NCBI GenBank assembly: GCA_024688685.1
Contig: JAILDX010000018.1
Coordinates: forward strand, 6,588-70,587
Origin: Saccharofermentans sp.
GTDB taxonomy: Bacteria > Bacillota > Clostridia > Saccharofermentanales > Saccharofermentanaceae
DNA: 64,000 bases
Direction of reading: 5' to 3'
Shown one piece after another: positions 28,742-39,251 of the stretch. Positions within the stretch are counted from its first letter, which is position 1. Each line of letters begins with the position of its first letter. A program made the position numbers and the translations under genes. The notes under the pieces are model-generated. The model searched no databases, was not told the DNA's origin, and was given only the letters and a program-made list of their open reading frames with translations.

Positions 28742-29044
28742 ATGTACGCAGTTATCAAGACAGGCGGCAAGCAGTACAAGGTTGCTGTAGGCGACGAGAT
28801 CTTCGTTGAGAAGCTTGCAGGTGAAGCAGGTGAGACAGTTACTTTCGATGAAGTACTTGCAGTCGGTGGTGACGACGGTATCACAGCAGGTTCAGACGTT
28901 AAGGCGACTGTAACAGGTGAGATCGTTAAGCAGGGCAAGAACAAGAAGATTACTGTCCTGAAGTACAAGGCTAAGAAGGGCTATCGTCGTAAGAATGGCC
29001 ACAGACAGCCTTATACAAGAGTTCGTATCTCAGCGATCGGCTAA
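28742..29044 (+). CDS. rplU: 50S ribosomal protein L21
   Basis: [14 protein letters not shown]...GHRQPYT. Confidence 0.98.
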   Translation: MYAVIKTGGKQYKVAVGDEIFVEKLAGEAGETVTFDEVLAVGGDDGITAGSDVKATVTGEIVKQGKNKKITVLKYKAKKGYRRKNGHRQPYTRVRISAIG

Positions 29045-29409
29045 TGATCACTGTAATAGTTGACAGAAAGTCCGAAGACAGATCCATAAGAGGCATATAC
29101 GTCTCGGGACATTCGGGATACGGAGAGGCCGGAAGCGACATAGTCTGTGCGGGAATATCCGCTTTATGCTATACAGCAGCTAACGCACTGGAAGACATTT
29201 GCGGATATGACAGTGAACAGACGACAGTCATCAGGGAATCAGATGAAGATGATGTATTCTTCAGGATAATGGTTCCGGAGACCGGATCAGAAGAGGCAAA
29301 GCGGAATGCTCAGGTTATCATGAGGACCGCGGAACTCGGAATGATGTCCGTAGCACAATCGGTCAACGACGAACAGAACAGATTTGTAGAGATAGTTCAT
29401 TCGAATTGA
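29044..29409 (+). CDS. prp: Ribosomal-processing cysteine protease Prp (YsxB)
   Basis: SGHSGY...[10 protein letters not shown]; lies between rplU and rpmA. Confidence 0.9.
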   Translation: MITVIVDRKSEDRSIRGIYVSGHSGYGEAGSDIVCAGISALCYTAANALEDICGYDSEQTTVIRESDEDDVFFRIMVPETGSEEAKRNAQVIMRTAELGMMSVAQSVNDEQNRFVEIVHSN

Positions 29410-29428
29410 CACTAATGGAGGTGTAAAA

Positions 29429-29710
29429 ATGCTTAAGTTGAATTTACAGCTCTTCGCTCACAAGAAAGGTATGGGTTCCACCAAGAATGGTCGTGACTCA
29501 GAATCCAAGAGACTCGGAGCTAAGAAGGGTGACGGTCAGAGCGTTATCGCAGGCAATATCCTTGTAAGACAGCGCGGAACAAAGATCCATCCCGGTACAA
29601 ACGTTGGAATCGGATCTGACGATACACTCTTTGCTCTTATCGACGGTACAGTTAAGTACGAGCGCAAGGGTAAGGACAAGAAGCAGGTTAGCGTTTATCC
29701 CGTAGCCTGA
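29429..29710 (+). CDS. rpmA: 50S ribosomal protein L27 with Prp-cleaved N-terminal extension
   Basis: MLKLNLQLF followed by [15 protein letters not shown]. Confidence 0.98.
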   Translation: MLKLNLQLFAHKKGMGSTKNGRDSESKRLGAKKGDGQSVIAGNILVRQRGTKIHPGTNVGIGSDDTLFALIDGTVKYERKGKDKKQVSVYPVA

Positions 29711-29733
29711 TCATTTGTAAAACAAGATGTTTC

Positions 29734-29770
29734 TGCAGTCTGTCGTATTATGCGGCAGACTGCATTTTTT
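29734..29770 (+). terminator. Terminator between rpmA and obgE
   Basis: TGCAGTCTGTCG/CGGCAGACTGCA hairpin plus T run. Confidence 0.75.
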
Positions 29771-29781
29771 AGGAGCCTAAT

Positions 29782-31056
29782 ATGTTTATCGACCACGCAA
29801 AGATACATGTAAAAGCAGGTGACGGCGGACCCGGAATGGTGTCCTTCCACACAGAGAAGTTCGTGACAAACGGCGGTCCCGACGGAGGAGACGGCGGTAA
29901 GGGCGGCGATGTTGTTTTCGTAGCTGTTTCGCGTTTGTCCAATCTGTCTCCGTTCCGCTTCAAGCACAAGTTTGTGGCCGAGGATGGCGCGAAAGGCATG
30001 AACCGCAAGATGTACGGAAAGGGAGGAGCCGACCTCGAGATCGCTGTTCCCGTAGGTACAATAATCAAAGATGTTGAGACTGACCGCATCCTTGCAGACA
30101 TGACCGAAGACGGTCAGCGCGTTGTCATTGCCCGCGGCGGTAAAGGCGGACTCGGCAATATGCATTACGCAAATGCCGTAAGACAGGCTCCCCAGTTCGC
30201 ACGTGCCGGAATACCCGGGGAAGAACTGGATCTTTATATTGAGCTGAAGCTGATCGCTGATGTCGGACTTGTAGGTTATCCTAACGCAGGTAAATCCACA
30301 CTGCTTTCAGTGCTTACTAACGCAAAACCCAAGATTGCAGATTATCCCTTTACAACGCTGGAACCCGTTCTCGGTGTTGTTCAGAGTTATGATACATCAT
30401 ATGTTATCGCCGATATTCCCGGAATAATCGAGGATGCTCACGAGGGTGCGGGGCTGGGACATGATTTCCTGCGCCATATAGAGAGAACTCGTCTGCTCGT
30501 CCATGTTGTGGATGTTTCGGCGAAGGACGGGCGTGATCCGTACGACGATTTTGTTTCGATCAATAAGGAGCTCAGGGAGTTCAATGCAGAGCTTGCATCC
30601 CGGCCCCAGATCGTCGTGGCAAATAAGTGCGACGACGCTACTGATGAGGAGGTCGAGATGTTCGTATCCTCCGTTCGCGAAGAAGGCTATGAGGACGTGT
30701 TTGTAATTAGTGCGGCCGCACGCCTCGGACTCAAGGAGCTGACAGACAAGATCACCGAAATGGTTACGAAGCTGCCTCCGGTAGTCATCCACGATGTCGC
30801 AGGGGAGGACGAGATCGTCTATAAGTACGAGGAAGAGCGCAAGTTTGATATCGTCGTAAGTGACGGAGTATATGAGGTCACCGGCAAGTGGATCGATGTC
30901 GTTCTGAACTCTACTAACTTCGACAGCACGGATTCTATGGCTTACTTCCAGAGAACACTGATATCGTCAGGCGTTATTGATGCGCTCAAGGCAAAGGGCA
31001 TCAAAGAGGGAGATACTGTTAAGATCGGCGAGCTTGAGTTTGATTATTTTGAGTAG
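29782..31056 (+). CDS. obgE: GTPase ObgE
   Basis: GGPDGGDGG, GYPNAGKST, DIPG, NKCD. Confidence 0.97.
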   Translation: MFIDHAKIHVKAGDGGPGMVSFHTEKFVTNGGPDGGDGGKGGDVVFVAVSRLSNLSPFRFKHKFVAEDGAKGMNRKMYGKGGADLEIAVPVGTIIKDVETDRILADMTEDGQRVVIARGGKGGLGNMHYANAVRQAPQFARAGIPGEELDLYIELKLIADVGLVGYPNAGKSTLLSVLTNAKPKIADYPFTTLEPVLGVVQSYDTSYVIADIPGIIEDAHEGAGLGHDFLRHIERTRLLVHVVDVSAKDGRDPYDDFVSINKELREFNAELASRPQIVVANKCDDATDEEVEMFVSSVREEGYEDVFVISAAARLGLKELTDKITEMVTKLPPVVIHDVAGEDEIVYKYEEERKFDIVVSDGVYEVTGKWIDVVLNSTNFDSTDSMAYFQRTLISSGVIDALKAKGIKEGDTVKIGELEFDYFE

Positions 31057-31067
31057 GCTTTAATTGG

Positions 31068-31193
31068 TTTACACAAACTTTTGGGATTTTTGACACGCAA
31101 ATTGTGAAAACTTTGTGTAACAAGGCTGATTCTATGGTGTTTACGCATGTTTTACACATTTCCTGCTATAATAATGTGTAAGAATTGTGTAAA
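31068..31193. repeat. Cluster of TTACACA motifs in both orientations around an extended -10 box
   Basis: TTACACAAA 31069 pairs with TTTGTGTAA 31112; TTACACATT 31152 pairs with AATGTGTAA 31173; TTGTGTAAA at 31185. Confidence 0.75.
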
Positions 31194-31205
31194 GGGGATG
31201 GCCTT

Positions 31206-31943
31206 ATGTATATTTCGAGAGAGTACGCAGTACTCAAGCGGAACTATTTAGTCAAACAGATCGAACCACTTCCCTCGGGTCACATTGTGATAGAGAGGAA
31301 TAAGTACAAGCAGTTGTACATTTCTTCCTATCCAGGCAAGAAGGAAATGGTGCATAAGAGATTTACGCTTTCCAAACAGGAAACAAAGGATATACTTTCG
31401 CTTATAGAGAGAAGGGAGTCGCTGGAAAAAGAACTCCAGAGTATCGAATTGTTTCTTCAGTCGAAGATGCCGGATATTGCTCCCAAACCTTATCCGTTTC
31501 TTGATCGTGAGTTCTATGCGCTGCTTGAGCCGCATAAGGACAGCAATCCTGTGCCAAAAAACCAATATGCACCGGAATTCGAGGGGACTAGATTCAGGTC
31601 AAAGTCGGAATTAAGCATTGCACAGCTCTTGTCGGGCATTGGGTTGAAGTATATATATGAGCCGGAGTATGCACTTACCGATAAACTGTCGATCTATCCT
31701 GATTTTGTTGTTGATGTTCCGGAAATAGACAGGTGTTTTGTTATTGAGCATTTCGGAATGATGAGCGATGGTTCATATCAGAGTGATGCTGAGTGGAAGA
31801 TGCACAAATATCTGGACAATGGATTTCTTCCCGGCCGGGACATCCTGTTTACATACGAGGCAAACCAGTTCCCTCTTGATATTGATGTTGTACGTCAGCA
31901 GATAAATGCCTTAATTTTGGCTAATTCTCAAGTAACGATATGA
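31206..31943 (+). CDS. Hypothetical protein with PD-(D/E)XK-like nuclease domain
   Basis: RSKSE..IA..L...Y.YEP...IYPDF...IEHFGM motif. Confidence 0.6.
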   Translation: MYISREYAVLKRNYLVKQIEPLPSGHIVIERNKYKQLYISSYPGKKEMVHKRFTLSKQETKDILSLIERRESLEKELQSIELFLQSKMPDIAPKPYPFLDREFYALLEPHKDSNPVPKNQYAPEFEGTRFRSKSELSIAQLLSGIGLKYIYEPEYALTDKLSIYPDFVVDVPEIDRCFVIEHFGMMSDGSYQSDAEWKMHKYLDNGFLPGRDILFTYEANQFPLDIDVVRQQINALILANSQVTI

Positions 31944-31985
31944 TATAATAACCATTGTTATTTTTTACGAAAAGGGTTTGGAATT

Positions 31986-32975
31986 ATGGAAAAGTATTCA
32001 GTTATCTCAGAGTCAGAGGTCCGCGACGCACTTACCGTAGTACAGAGGATCAATTCCTATTACTATGAGAAGATGGTTGGCCAGAAGGATCTTGGCACAT
32101 CACTTCTCATGACACTCATGGTCAACGGTCATATCCTGATCGAGTCAGTTCCCGGTCTTGCTAAGACAACTGCTGCAAAGACGATGACGGAAGCTTGTGG
32201 GGGAAAGTTCTCACGTATCCAGTGTACGCCTGACCTTCTTCCGAGTGATATCATCGGTACCCAGATACTCAATTATTCAACAGGAAACTTTGAGACGAAG
32301 CTTGGACCTGTCCACGCAAACTTTGTTCTTCTGGACGAGATCAACAGATCTTCAGCTAAGACACAGAGTGCCATGCTCGAAGTTATGCAGGAGCATCAGA
32401 CGACAATCGGCGGCATGATGTATCCAACACCTGATATCTTCATGGTAATCGCTACACAGAATCCTATCGAGCAGGAAGGCACATACCTCCTGTCTGAGGC
32501 GCAGCTCGACAGATTCTTTATGAAGACTATCATTGATTACCCTTCTGTAACCGAAGAACTCGAGATCATGAACAGGATCGAGAAGGATGTCTTCACACAG
32601 AGCAGGAGCGTTGTATCACTTGGTGATATCAAGTACGTTCAGAATCTCGTTAAGAGAGTTTACCTCGATCAGTCCATCAAGGATTACATCGTAAGGATCA
32701 TTGATGCGACGAGACATGCGGATAAGTTTATTTCGAAGGATCTTGCACAGTACATTACACTCGGATCTTCCATCAGAGGCTCTATCTGTCTTATGGAGAT
32801 CAGTAAGGCTGTTGCACTCCTGTCTGGCAGGGACTACGTCACACCTGACGACGTTAAGGCTTTCGCTAAGGGTGTTCTGAGACACAGAATTACGCTGAAC
32901 TTTGCAGCAGTTGCTGACGGCGTAAACGAGGATCAGATCATTGACGCGATCATGGGAGCAGTTCCTACACCATGA
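31986..32975 (+). CDS. MoxR-family AAA+ ATPase
   Basis: VPGLAKT, RIQCTPDLLPSDI, LDEINR, ATQNPIEQEGTY.L.EAQLDRF. Confidence 0.95.
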   Translation: MEKYSVISESEVRDALTVVQRINSYYYEKMVGQKDLGTSLLMTLMVNGHILIESVPGLAKTTAAKTMTEACGGKFSRIQCTPDLLPSDIIGTQILNYSTGNFETKLGPVHANFVLLDEINRSSAKTQSAMLEVMQEHQTTIGGMMYPTPDIFMVIATQNPIEQEGTYLLSEAQLDRFFMKTIIDYPSVTEELEIMNRIEKDVFTQSRSVVSLGDIKYVQNLVKRVYLDQSIKDYIVRIIDATRHADKFISKDLAQYITLGSSIRGSICLMEISKAVALLSGRDYVTPDDVKAFAKGVLRHRITLNFAAVADGVNEDQIIDAIMGAVPTP

Positions 32976-33853
32976 GATCTGAATCTGACTACATAACTCG
33001 CATCAAGGCGAATGTCAGCATTTACGCTACCAAGAGAACGAGTAATGTTTTAGACGGTACTTACCCGTCTGTCTTTCATGGCCGCAGTCTGAACTTTGAA
33101 GACCTCAGGGAGTATGTTCCGGGAGACAACATCAGGGACATAGACTGGAAGGCTTCAGGAAGAGCGGGACAGATTCTTGTAAAGCGATATATCGCTGATA
33201 AGAAGCACAGCATCATGCTCGTTCTTGATACAGGTTCGAAGATGGCGGGAGACTCTGCCGAGTTTGTCCAGAAGAGAGAGATAGCGCTGAGAACAGCGGG
33301 CACTATCGGTTATATTGCGTATAAGAATGGCGATACGGTAGGTTCTCTTTACAATAAGGACGGATTCATTAAGCTCAATCCTTTCAGAACGGGTATTCCC
33401 AATCTCGAGAGGATACTTGCTGAGTATGACAGAGACCTGGAATCAAAGCAGAAAAACAGTATCGAGAAGTCTCTCGATTTCATCATCAATAACTTCAAGA
33501 AGAGAATGATCATCTTCGCTATCACTGATATGAGCGGTATCAACGAAGTGAGCGAGGCATGTCTCAAGAGACTTAAGACGAGACATGATGTTCTCTTTAT
33601 TAATATCAGCGATCTGGGCCTTACCGGTAATCAGGTCTTTGATATTGACGGCAACGGATATGTTCCCAATTTCATCAGCCGCAACAAGAAACTTGCCGAG
33701 ATCGAGAAGGCAAAGAGGGAAGAGATACTGACCTCGAACGCAAGGAAACTCTTAAAGTTCGGTGTTTCAAGCGTGAACGTGGACAATGAGGAAGAGATTG
33801 TAGGGAAGATTATAGAATTACTGGAAAGTCACAGATATGCAAACGTCCGTTAA
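32972..33853 (+). CDS. DUF58 protein
   Basis: FEDLREYVPGDNIRDIDWKASGR. Confidence 0.9.
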   Translation: MRSESDYITRIKANVSIYATKRTSNVLDGTYPSVFHGRSLNFEDLREYVPGDNIRDIDWKASGRAGQILVKRYIADKKHSIMLVLDTGSKMAGDSAEFVQKREIALRTAGTIGYIAYKNGDTVGSLYNKDGFIKLNPFRTGIPNLERILAEYDRDLESKQKNSIEKSLDFIINNFKKRMIIFAITDMSGINEVSEACLKRLKTRHDVLFINISDLGLTGNQVFDIDGNGYVPNFISRNKKLAEIEKAKREEILTSNARKLLKFGVSSVNVDNEEEIVGKIIELLESHRYANVR

Positions 33854-34313
33854 GTTACAGGAGATGATGAGCTACTCACTTGTGATCGCTATTATCGCAG
33901 CGGTCCTTGTCGTCGTGCCTGTAGTAATCTTTATAGTGATAAAACTGACCAAATTCAAGCCGAAGAAGCGTGAGAAGAAAGTTGTCTCCAAACCCAGGAA
34001 GAAATACGATCCCGCTGTGCTGAAGCAGATGTATCTCGATAAGATAAGAGAGATCGAAGCACAGTTTGCAAGCGGTGTCATCGATATGCGTAGAGCTCAC
34101 ATTCTCCTGAGCCAGTGCGTAAGAGAGTACTGCGAGGAAGCATCCTCTGTACCCGCTAACTCGCTTACTCTGAGAGAGATCGAGAAGCTCAATAAGCCGA
34201 CTTTGTACAATCTAATCAAAGAGTTCTATGAGCCGGAGTTTGCATATGATTCTGACAAGGATATCAAGGCTTCGTTTATGCGTGCTGCGGAGGTGGTAAG
34301 AACATGGAACTGA
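33837..34313 (+). CDS. Membrane-anchored hypothetical protein of the Bat-like operon
   Basis: One TM helix, SLTLREI...YEPEF; overlaps both neighbours. Confidence 0.75.
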   Translation: MQTSVKLQEMMSYSLVIAIIAAVLVVVPVVIFIVIKLTKFKPKKREKKVVSKPRKKYDPAVLKQMYLDKIREIEAQFASGVIDMRRAHILLSQCVREYCEEASSVPANSLTLREIEKLNKPTLYNLIKEFYEPEFAYDSDKDIKASFMRAAEVVRTWN

Positions 34314-35302
34314 CTTATCCCGTAGTACTCTATATCGGTGCCGGAGTAGCGGCTGTCAGCCTTATACTCATTCTTTTTTTTATGAAGGGAAAGAAGTATT
34401 CAGGTGGTGCCAGAAGTGCAAATAACGAATACATCAAAAAGCTCCCTCAGTACAAGTTCCTTATGTTCGAGTACTATTTCCTGAAGGTCATTGCAATCGT
34501 CGGAATACTCGGGATGATCATGTCAACGACGGTACTTGTTGCTAAGCCTATCAAGGTATCTTCAAATACAAAGGAGATACACAACAGGGATATCATTATC
34601 GGCTTTGACGTATCAACATCCCTCGACAGTGTCAGCTGCGAAATGTGTGAACAGCTTCAGGACATGGTCAAGGGCCTCAAGGGTGAGAGATTCGGTATCG
34701 TTATCTTTAACGGCCAGGCAGTCCTTCTCGTTCCGCTTACTGATGATTACAACTATGTCGTCTCGGAGCTCGATCATCTGAAGAGATCTATCGAAGCCGG
34801 TCAGAATATTTACTATTACGATGACCTTGATGAACTCTCTGCATACAGATTCGCAGGAACATCAAGCGACCGCGGAAGCTCGCTTATCGGTGACGGACTT
34901 GCTTCATGTCTCTACAGTTTCCCTGATTTCAAAGAGAATCCTGACAGGGCGAGACTTATAATCCTCGTAACTGATAACGATGTCATGGGTGATCAGATCT
35001 GTTCCGTTCCCCAGGCATGTGAGCTCTGTGCATATAAGGGTGTAAAGGTTTTCGGTATCGCCCCTTATTTTGTTGCGGAAGAGAATGAGTTCAAGCGCAG
35101 TCTTGAGAGCACCGGCGGCCAGTATTACAACACTCGTAAGAGAGATGCCATTGAGAGCATCATCGAGGATGTTAAGGATACGGATGTTTCGGTTACATAT
35201 AAGACAAGCACGACTGTGGAAGATATTCCCGAGATGTTCATAATCGCTCTGCTCGTAAGCACTGCATTATTCTCTGTTGCTATCTGGAGGTTACGTATAT
35301 GA
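34304..35302 (+). CDS. VWA domain protein (BatA-like)
   Basis: MIDAS DVSTS, VPLTDD, VTDN. Confidence 0.88.
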   Translation: MELTYPVVLYIGAGVAAVSLILILFFMKGKKYSGGARSANNEYIKKLPQYKFLMFEYYFLKVIAIVGILGMIMSTTVLVAKPIKVSSNTKEIHNRDIIIGFDVSTSLDSVSCEMCEQLQDMVKGLKGERFGIVIFNGQAVLLVPLTDDYNYVVSELDHLKRSIEAGQNIYYYDDLDELSAYRFAGTSSDRGSSLIGDGLASCLYSFPDFKENPDRARLIILVTDNDVMGDQICSVPQACELCAYKGVKVFGIAPYFVAEENEFKRSLESTGGQYYNTRKRDAIESIIEDVKDTDVSVTYKTSTTVEDIPEMFIIALLVSTALFSVAIWRLRI

Positions 35303-36279
35303 CGATCAATCCTCTTATACCGATCCCCATTATGCTGATAATTGTTGCGCTCGTCATTGTGATGAAGCGCAAAGGTGCGTGGAACTTTATCCGCCAGATA
35401 ATCATTGCGTTACTACTTTTCCTGATCAATCTCAGGATCATGATCCCTACTGGTGAAGTTCCTGTTCTTACGAATGATATCGATATCCTTTTCGTTGTCG
35501 ATAATACTATCAGTATGCTCGCTGAGGACCATAACGGAGACGGCAGGAGAATGGACGGAGCAAGGCAGGATATCAGCAAGATCATGGATGAGTTCTCAGG
35601 TTCGAGATTTGCTGTCATTTCCTTCAACGATACAGCTAATGTCCTCGTTCCTTACACGACTGAGAAAGAGAATGTCATGCAGGCTGTAAACTCTCTTGAA
35701 GGCCGCAGTATGACATATGCAAAGGGTTCTTCGATCAATGTCGTATACAACACGCTCAGAGACTATCTTGAAGGATCCGTCAAGTACGACGATGATGAGG
35801 AAGACGATGAGAGGATACACCTTCTGTTCTTCATCAGTGACGGCGAAATGAATACCGGAGACAAGATTAAGAGTTTCGACAGACTGGCAGAATACATTGA
35901 CGGCGGTGCTGTCCTCGGTTACGGAACAAAGAGGGGCGGAGAGATGCACGTTAAGCTCTATTCCGCTTCAAATGAGACACAGCTCCTGACATACAGCTCA
36001 AACGGAAGAACGGAGACTGCCATATCCAAGATCGATGAGAAAACGCTTCAGAAACTTGCCGAAGACATGGAGATAGATTATTATCATGTTGTAAGCGGCG
36101 AGACCATTTGGGATGTGATTGACGATCTTCAGGCGAAGATCACGAGCGGAGAGATGAGCGAGAAAGGCGAGACGGGAGCAGGGTACGCCGAGACATATTA
36201 TTACTTTGCGGCTGTGCTCTTTGTGTTCCTTATCTACGATCTCATCTATTATGGAATAAAGATGGGAAGGGGACAGTAA
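35299..36279 (+). CDS. VWA domain protein (BatB-like)
   Basis: DNTISM.AED, ISDGE, GYGT..GG. Confidence 0.88.
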   Translation: MTINPLIPIPIMLIIVALVIVMKRKGAWNFIRQIIIALLLFLINLRIMIPTGEVPVLTNDIDILFVVDNTISMLAEDHNGDGRRMDGARQDISKIMDEFSGSRFAVISFNDTANVLVPYTTEKENVMQAVNSLEGRSMTYAKGSSINVVYNTLRDYLEGSVKYDDDEEDDERIHLLFFISDGEMNTGDKIKSFDRLAEYIDGGAVLGYGTKRGGEMHVKLYSASNETQLLTYSSNGRTETAISKIDEKTLQKLAEDMEIDYYHVVSGETIWDVIDDLQAKITSGEMSEKGETGAGYAETYYYFAAVLFVFLIYDLIYYGIKMGRGQ

Positions 36280-36280
36280 T

Positions 36281-37006
36281 ATGAGACTTAAGATACTTGT
36301 CGCGATCTATATTGTTGTCGTGCTTGTTGCAGGCAAGATACTGCTTAACTATTTCTACAACGAGAGTGTCATTTCATCCTATGAGGATGGCGACTATTCG
36401 GTAAACGATGATCTTCTTACGACGCTGAATATATTTGAACCTTATGTGGCTCATTATAACAACGGAAACATACTGTACAGGATCGGTCAGTATGATGCAG
36501 CTCTCGATGAGTATCAGAAAGCTATCGATTCGAATATCCCGCTGTATTCAGAGTGCCCCGTAAGGATCAACATGGCGCTTTCAGTTATTGCGCAGCTCGA
36601 TAAGAATTATAAGGTTCCTGAGAATATCGAGAAATCTCTGGAACTCCTTTATCAGGCTCGTGATCTGCTTCTTGAAGATGACTGTGCCAATGAGAAGGGC
36701 AAGGGCCACAGCAGGAAAGCGGAAAGACTTAAGAGAGACATTGAGGCTGCAATCGAGGAACTTGAGCAGATCCAGGAACAACAGCAGCAGCAACAGCAGC
36801 AACAGCAGCAGCAACAACAACAGCAACAGCAGCAACAGCAGCCGGGCGGTGACCAGGATCAGCAGCAACAGCAGATGCAGCAGATGGACAGACAGACCCA
36901 GCAGCAGATGCAGCAGATGGATCAGCAGTCGAGAATGGACAGGCAGTCCGATATGGATCAGTACACCAGCCAGTCATCTAATGCGAGGTATGAGAATATC
37001 TGGTAA
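36281..37006 (+). CDS. TPR protein with Gln-rich tail (BatC-like)
   Basis: AHYNNGNILYRIGQYDAALDEYQKA TPR; polyQ; terminal W. Confidence 0.85.
   Translation: MRLKILVAIYIVVVLVAGKILLNYFYNESVISSYEDGDYSVNDDLLTTLNIFEPYVAHYNNGNILYRIGQYDAALDEYQKAIDSNIPLYSECPVRINMALSVIAQLDKNYKVPENIEKSLELLYQARDLLLEDDCANEKGKGHSRKAERLKRDIEAAIEELEQIQEQQQQQQQQQQQQQQQQQQQQQPGGDQDQQQQQMQQMDRQTQQQMQQMDQQSRMDRQSDMDQYTSQSSNARYENIW
36779..36841 (+). repeat. (CAG/CAA)21 polyglutamine tract
   Basis: 21 consecutive Gln codons counted in the sequence. Confidence 0.95.
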
Positions 37007-37088
37007 ACAGTTGCAGTTAATTTAATGTGGCTTGATCTCGTTATTTATATTATAATTATTTCAAAAAACAGGATCGAGATACATTAAC

Positions 37089-39251
37089 ATGATGCTCACA
37101 AACAAGACATGGAATGTATCGGATAATGGCTCTTTGGGTCAGTCCGATACATTGATTGATGTTCTTCTAAAAAACAGAGGAATAACCGAAGAAGGCGAAG
37201 TGAAGGATTTTATTACAGAGAATCCTACTTTATGGCATGACCCTTTTCTGTACAAGGACATGGATAAGGCAGTCAGTCTTATCAGCAGTGCGATCTCAAA
37301 TAAGGAACACATTCTGGTATATGGCGACTATGACTGCGACGGAGTCACTGCCACGGCAATAATCGTGCGTTATTTAAAAGCTCATGGTGCGACAGTTGAT
37401 TATATCGTTCCGCACAGGGCTGAGCACGGATACGGACTTACGGACAACATCATTGATAAGGTGTTTGAGTTTGAGCCGGATCTTCTCATCACTGTTGACT
37501 GCGGAATTACCAACTTTGATACTATCAGCATGATCAGGGAGAAGGGGATCAAGGTCATCGTAACCGATCACCATAACGTTAAGGACGAGATGATCCCTGA
37601 CGCTGACTGTGTCATTTGTGCCAAGAGACCGGATAACACATATCCTTTCATCGATCTCTGCGGTGCAGGCGTTGCTCTTAAGCTTGTTGAAGCAATGGGC
37701 AGGGCAAGCGAGTTCAAGCTTAACAGGGATCTGTGGAGACAGTCTATCGAGATGGCGGGCATTGCAACCATAGCTGACCTTGTGTCTGTTGTGAATGAGA
37801 ACAGAACGATAATAAAGAAAGCTCTTGAGAGCATGAATACAGGAAAGCCAGCGAACCCCGGAGTAAGAGTCATGAACTCTCTTCTGGCGGATGAGGGAAG
37901 GCCTGTTGATGAGACGTATATTTCGTTCAATTTTGTCCCGAGAGTAAATGCTGCAGGAAGGCTCTACGATTCTTCGGAGGCGCTTAGGCTCTTCCTTGAG
38001 GACGATGAGAAGGCTGCAACTGAAGCTGCTAATGAGCTGACAAGAGAGAACGATGAGCGTAAGGCGATCGAGTCAGCTGTCTTTGAGGAAGCAGTTAAGC
38101 AGATCGAGGATCCTAACCGCCCGGAGGAATGGAGTCTTACCAATACTGTTGGCCCCATCGTTGTGTACGGGAGGAACTGGCATCAAGGTGTTCTTGGCAT
38201 TGTTGCCGGTAAGCTGTCGCAGTATTTCAGAAGATCTGCGATCGTATTTACGAATGATTCGATTGAGACTGACTGCGTGAAGGGATCAGGAAGAGCATAT
38301 GGCGATTTTGATCTTTTCAATGTTCTTAATGATGTGTCTGACAGCATCGTTAATTTCGGAGGACATAAGAAGGCTGCCGGCGTAGTTGTCCGCAAGGATA
38401 AGATGGGCGAGTTCATGCGCAGTCTTGAAGCACGTTCCAAGGAGCTTGCCGGTGGAGAAGACGGAGCCGGTTATGAACCTGAAGATGTTCTTGATGTTGA
38501 CTGTGAGCTCCCGTTTGAGACGGTGACATTCGATACTTTCAGAACTGTCTGCAGGCTGAAGCCGTTCGGTATATCCAACTCCAAGCCGGTATTTGTTACC
38601 AGAGGACTTATAATCTCCGATCTTTATACAATGTCAGACGGAGCACATCTGAGAGTTGATCTGATCTCAGGGGACAGTAATGATGCGAATAATAAGCAGA
38701 CCGCTCTTTCCGCTGTAGGATTTGGCATGGGACAGTTTGCTTCATGTTTTACGGTCGGAGATAAGGTTGATATAGCTTACACTATGAATGAGTATACATA
38801 CAGGGGTAACACAACTCTGAGTCTTCATCTCGAGGATATCAAGCCTGTTGTAAAGGGCTTCCTGTGGGAACAGTTCAATACTGCGGAGAAGCTCTACAGG
38901 AGCGGACTTGCTGTTGATCAGATACGCAAGATGAACAGGGCATCCGATCAGGACGGTTTCGTTCCCGGGGAGAAGGATTTTGCAAATGTTTACAGCACGG
39001 TCAAGGATTGCTGCGGCAACAAGAGTTCTACGGCAGATTGCGTTCTGCTGGCAAAAATGGTAAATATTAGTTGCAGAGCGAACGTGACACCGTTCTCTCT
39101 TAAGAGATGCCTTGAGGTGTTCTCCGAAGCGGGTCTTGTAAAGCTCGGGACGGGTGACGGAGGAAGAGTGTGTTTCACAGTGCTTCCTGTGCAGGGTAAG
39201 GTAAAGCTTGGCAGTACAGATACTTATAAGAGGCTTACTGGAAATGGCTGA
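37089..39251 (+). CDS. recJ: Single-stranded-DNA exonuclease RecJ
   Basis: YGDYDCDG, TVDCG, TDHH, PRVNAAGR, GGHKKAAG. Confidence 0.95.
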   Translation: MMLTNKTWNVSDNGSLGQSDTLIDVLLKNRGITEEGEVKDFITENPTLWHDPFLYKDMDKAVSLISSAISNKEHILVYGDYDCDGVTATAIIVRYLKAHGATVDYIVPHRAEHGYGLTDNIIDKVFEFEPDLLITVDCGITNFDTISMIREKGIKVIVTDHHNVKDEMIPDADCVICAKRPDNTYPFIDLCGAGVALKLVEAMGRASEFKLNRDLWRQSIEMAGIATIADLVSVVNENRTIIKKALESMNTGKPANPGVRVMNSLLADEGRPVDETYISFNFVPRVNAAGRLYDSSEALRLFLEDDEKAATEAANELTRENDERKAIESAVFEEAVKQIEDPNRPEEWSLTNTVGPIVVYGRNWHQGVLGIVAGKLSQYFRRSAIVFTNDSIETDCVKGSGRAYGDFDLFNVLNDVSDSIVNFGGHKKAAGVVVRKDKMGEFMRSLEARSKELAGGEDGAGYEPEDVLDVDCELPFETVTFDTFRTVCRLKPFGISNSKPVFVTRGLIISDLYTMSDGAHLRVDLISGDSNDANNKQTALSAVGFGMGQFASCFTVGDKVDIAYTMNEYTYRGNTTLSLHLEDIKPVVKGFLWEQFNTAEKLYRSGLAVDQIRKMNRASDQDGFVPGEKDFANVYSTVKDCCGNKSSTADCVLLAKMVNISCRANVTPFSLKRCLEVFSEAGLVKLGTGDGGRVCFTVLPVQGKVKLGSTDTYKRLTGNG

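Noticed and set aside
29044..29710. L27 N-terminal extension and Prp protease as a novelty
   Set aside because: This is a well-established Firmicute feature.
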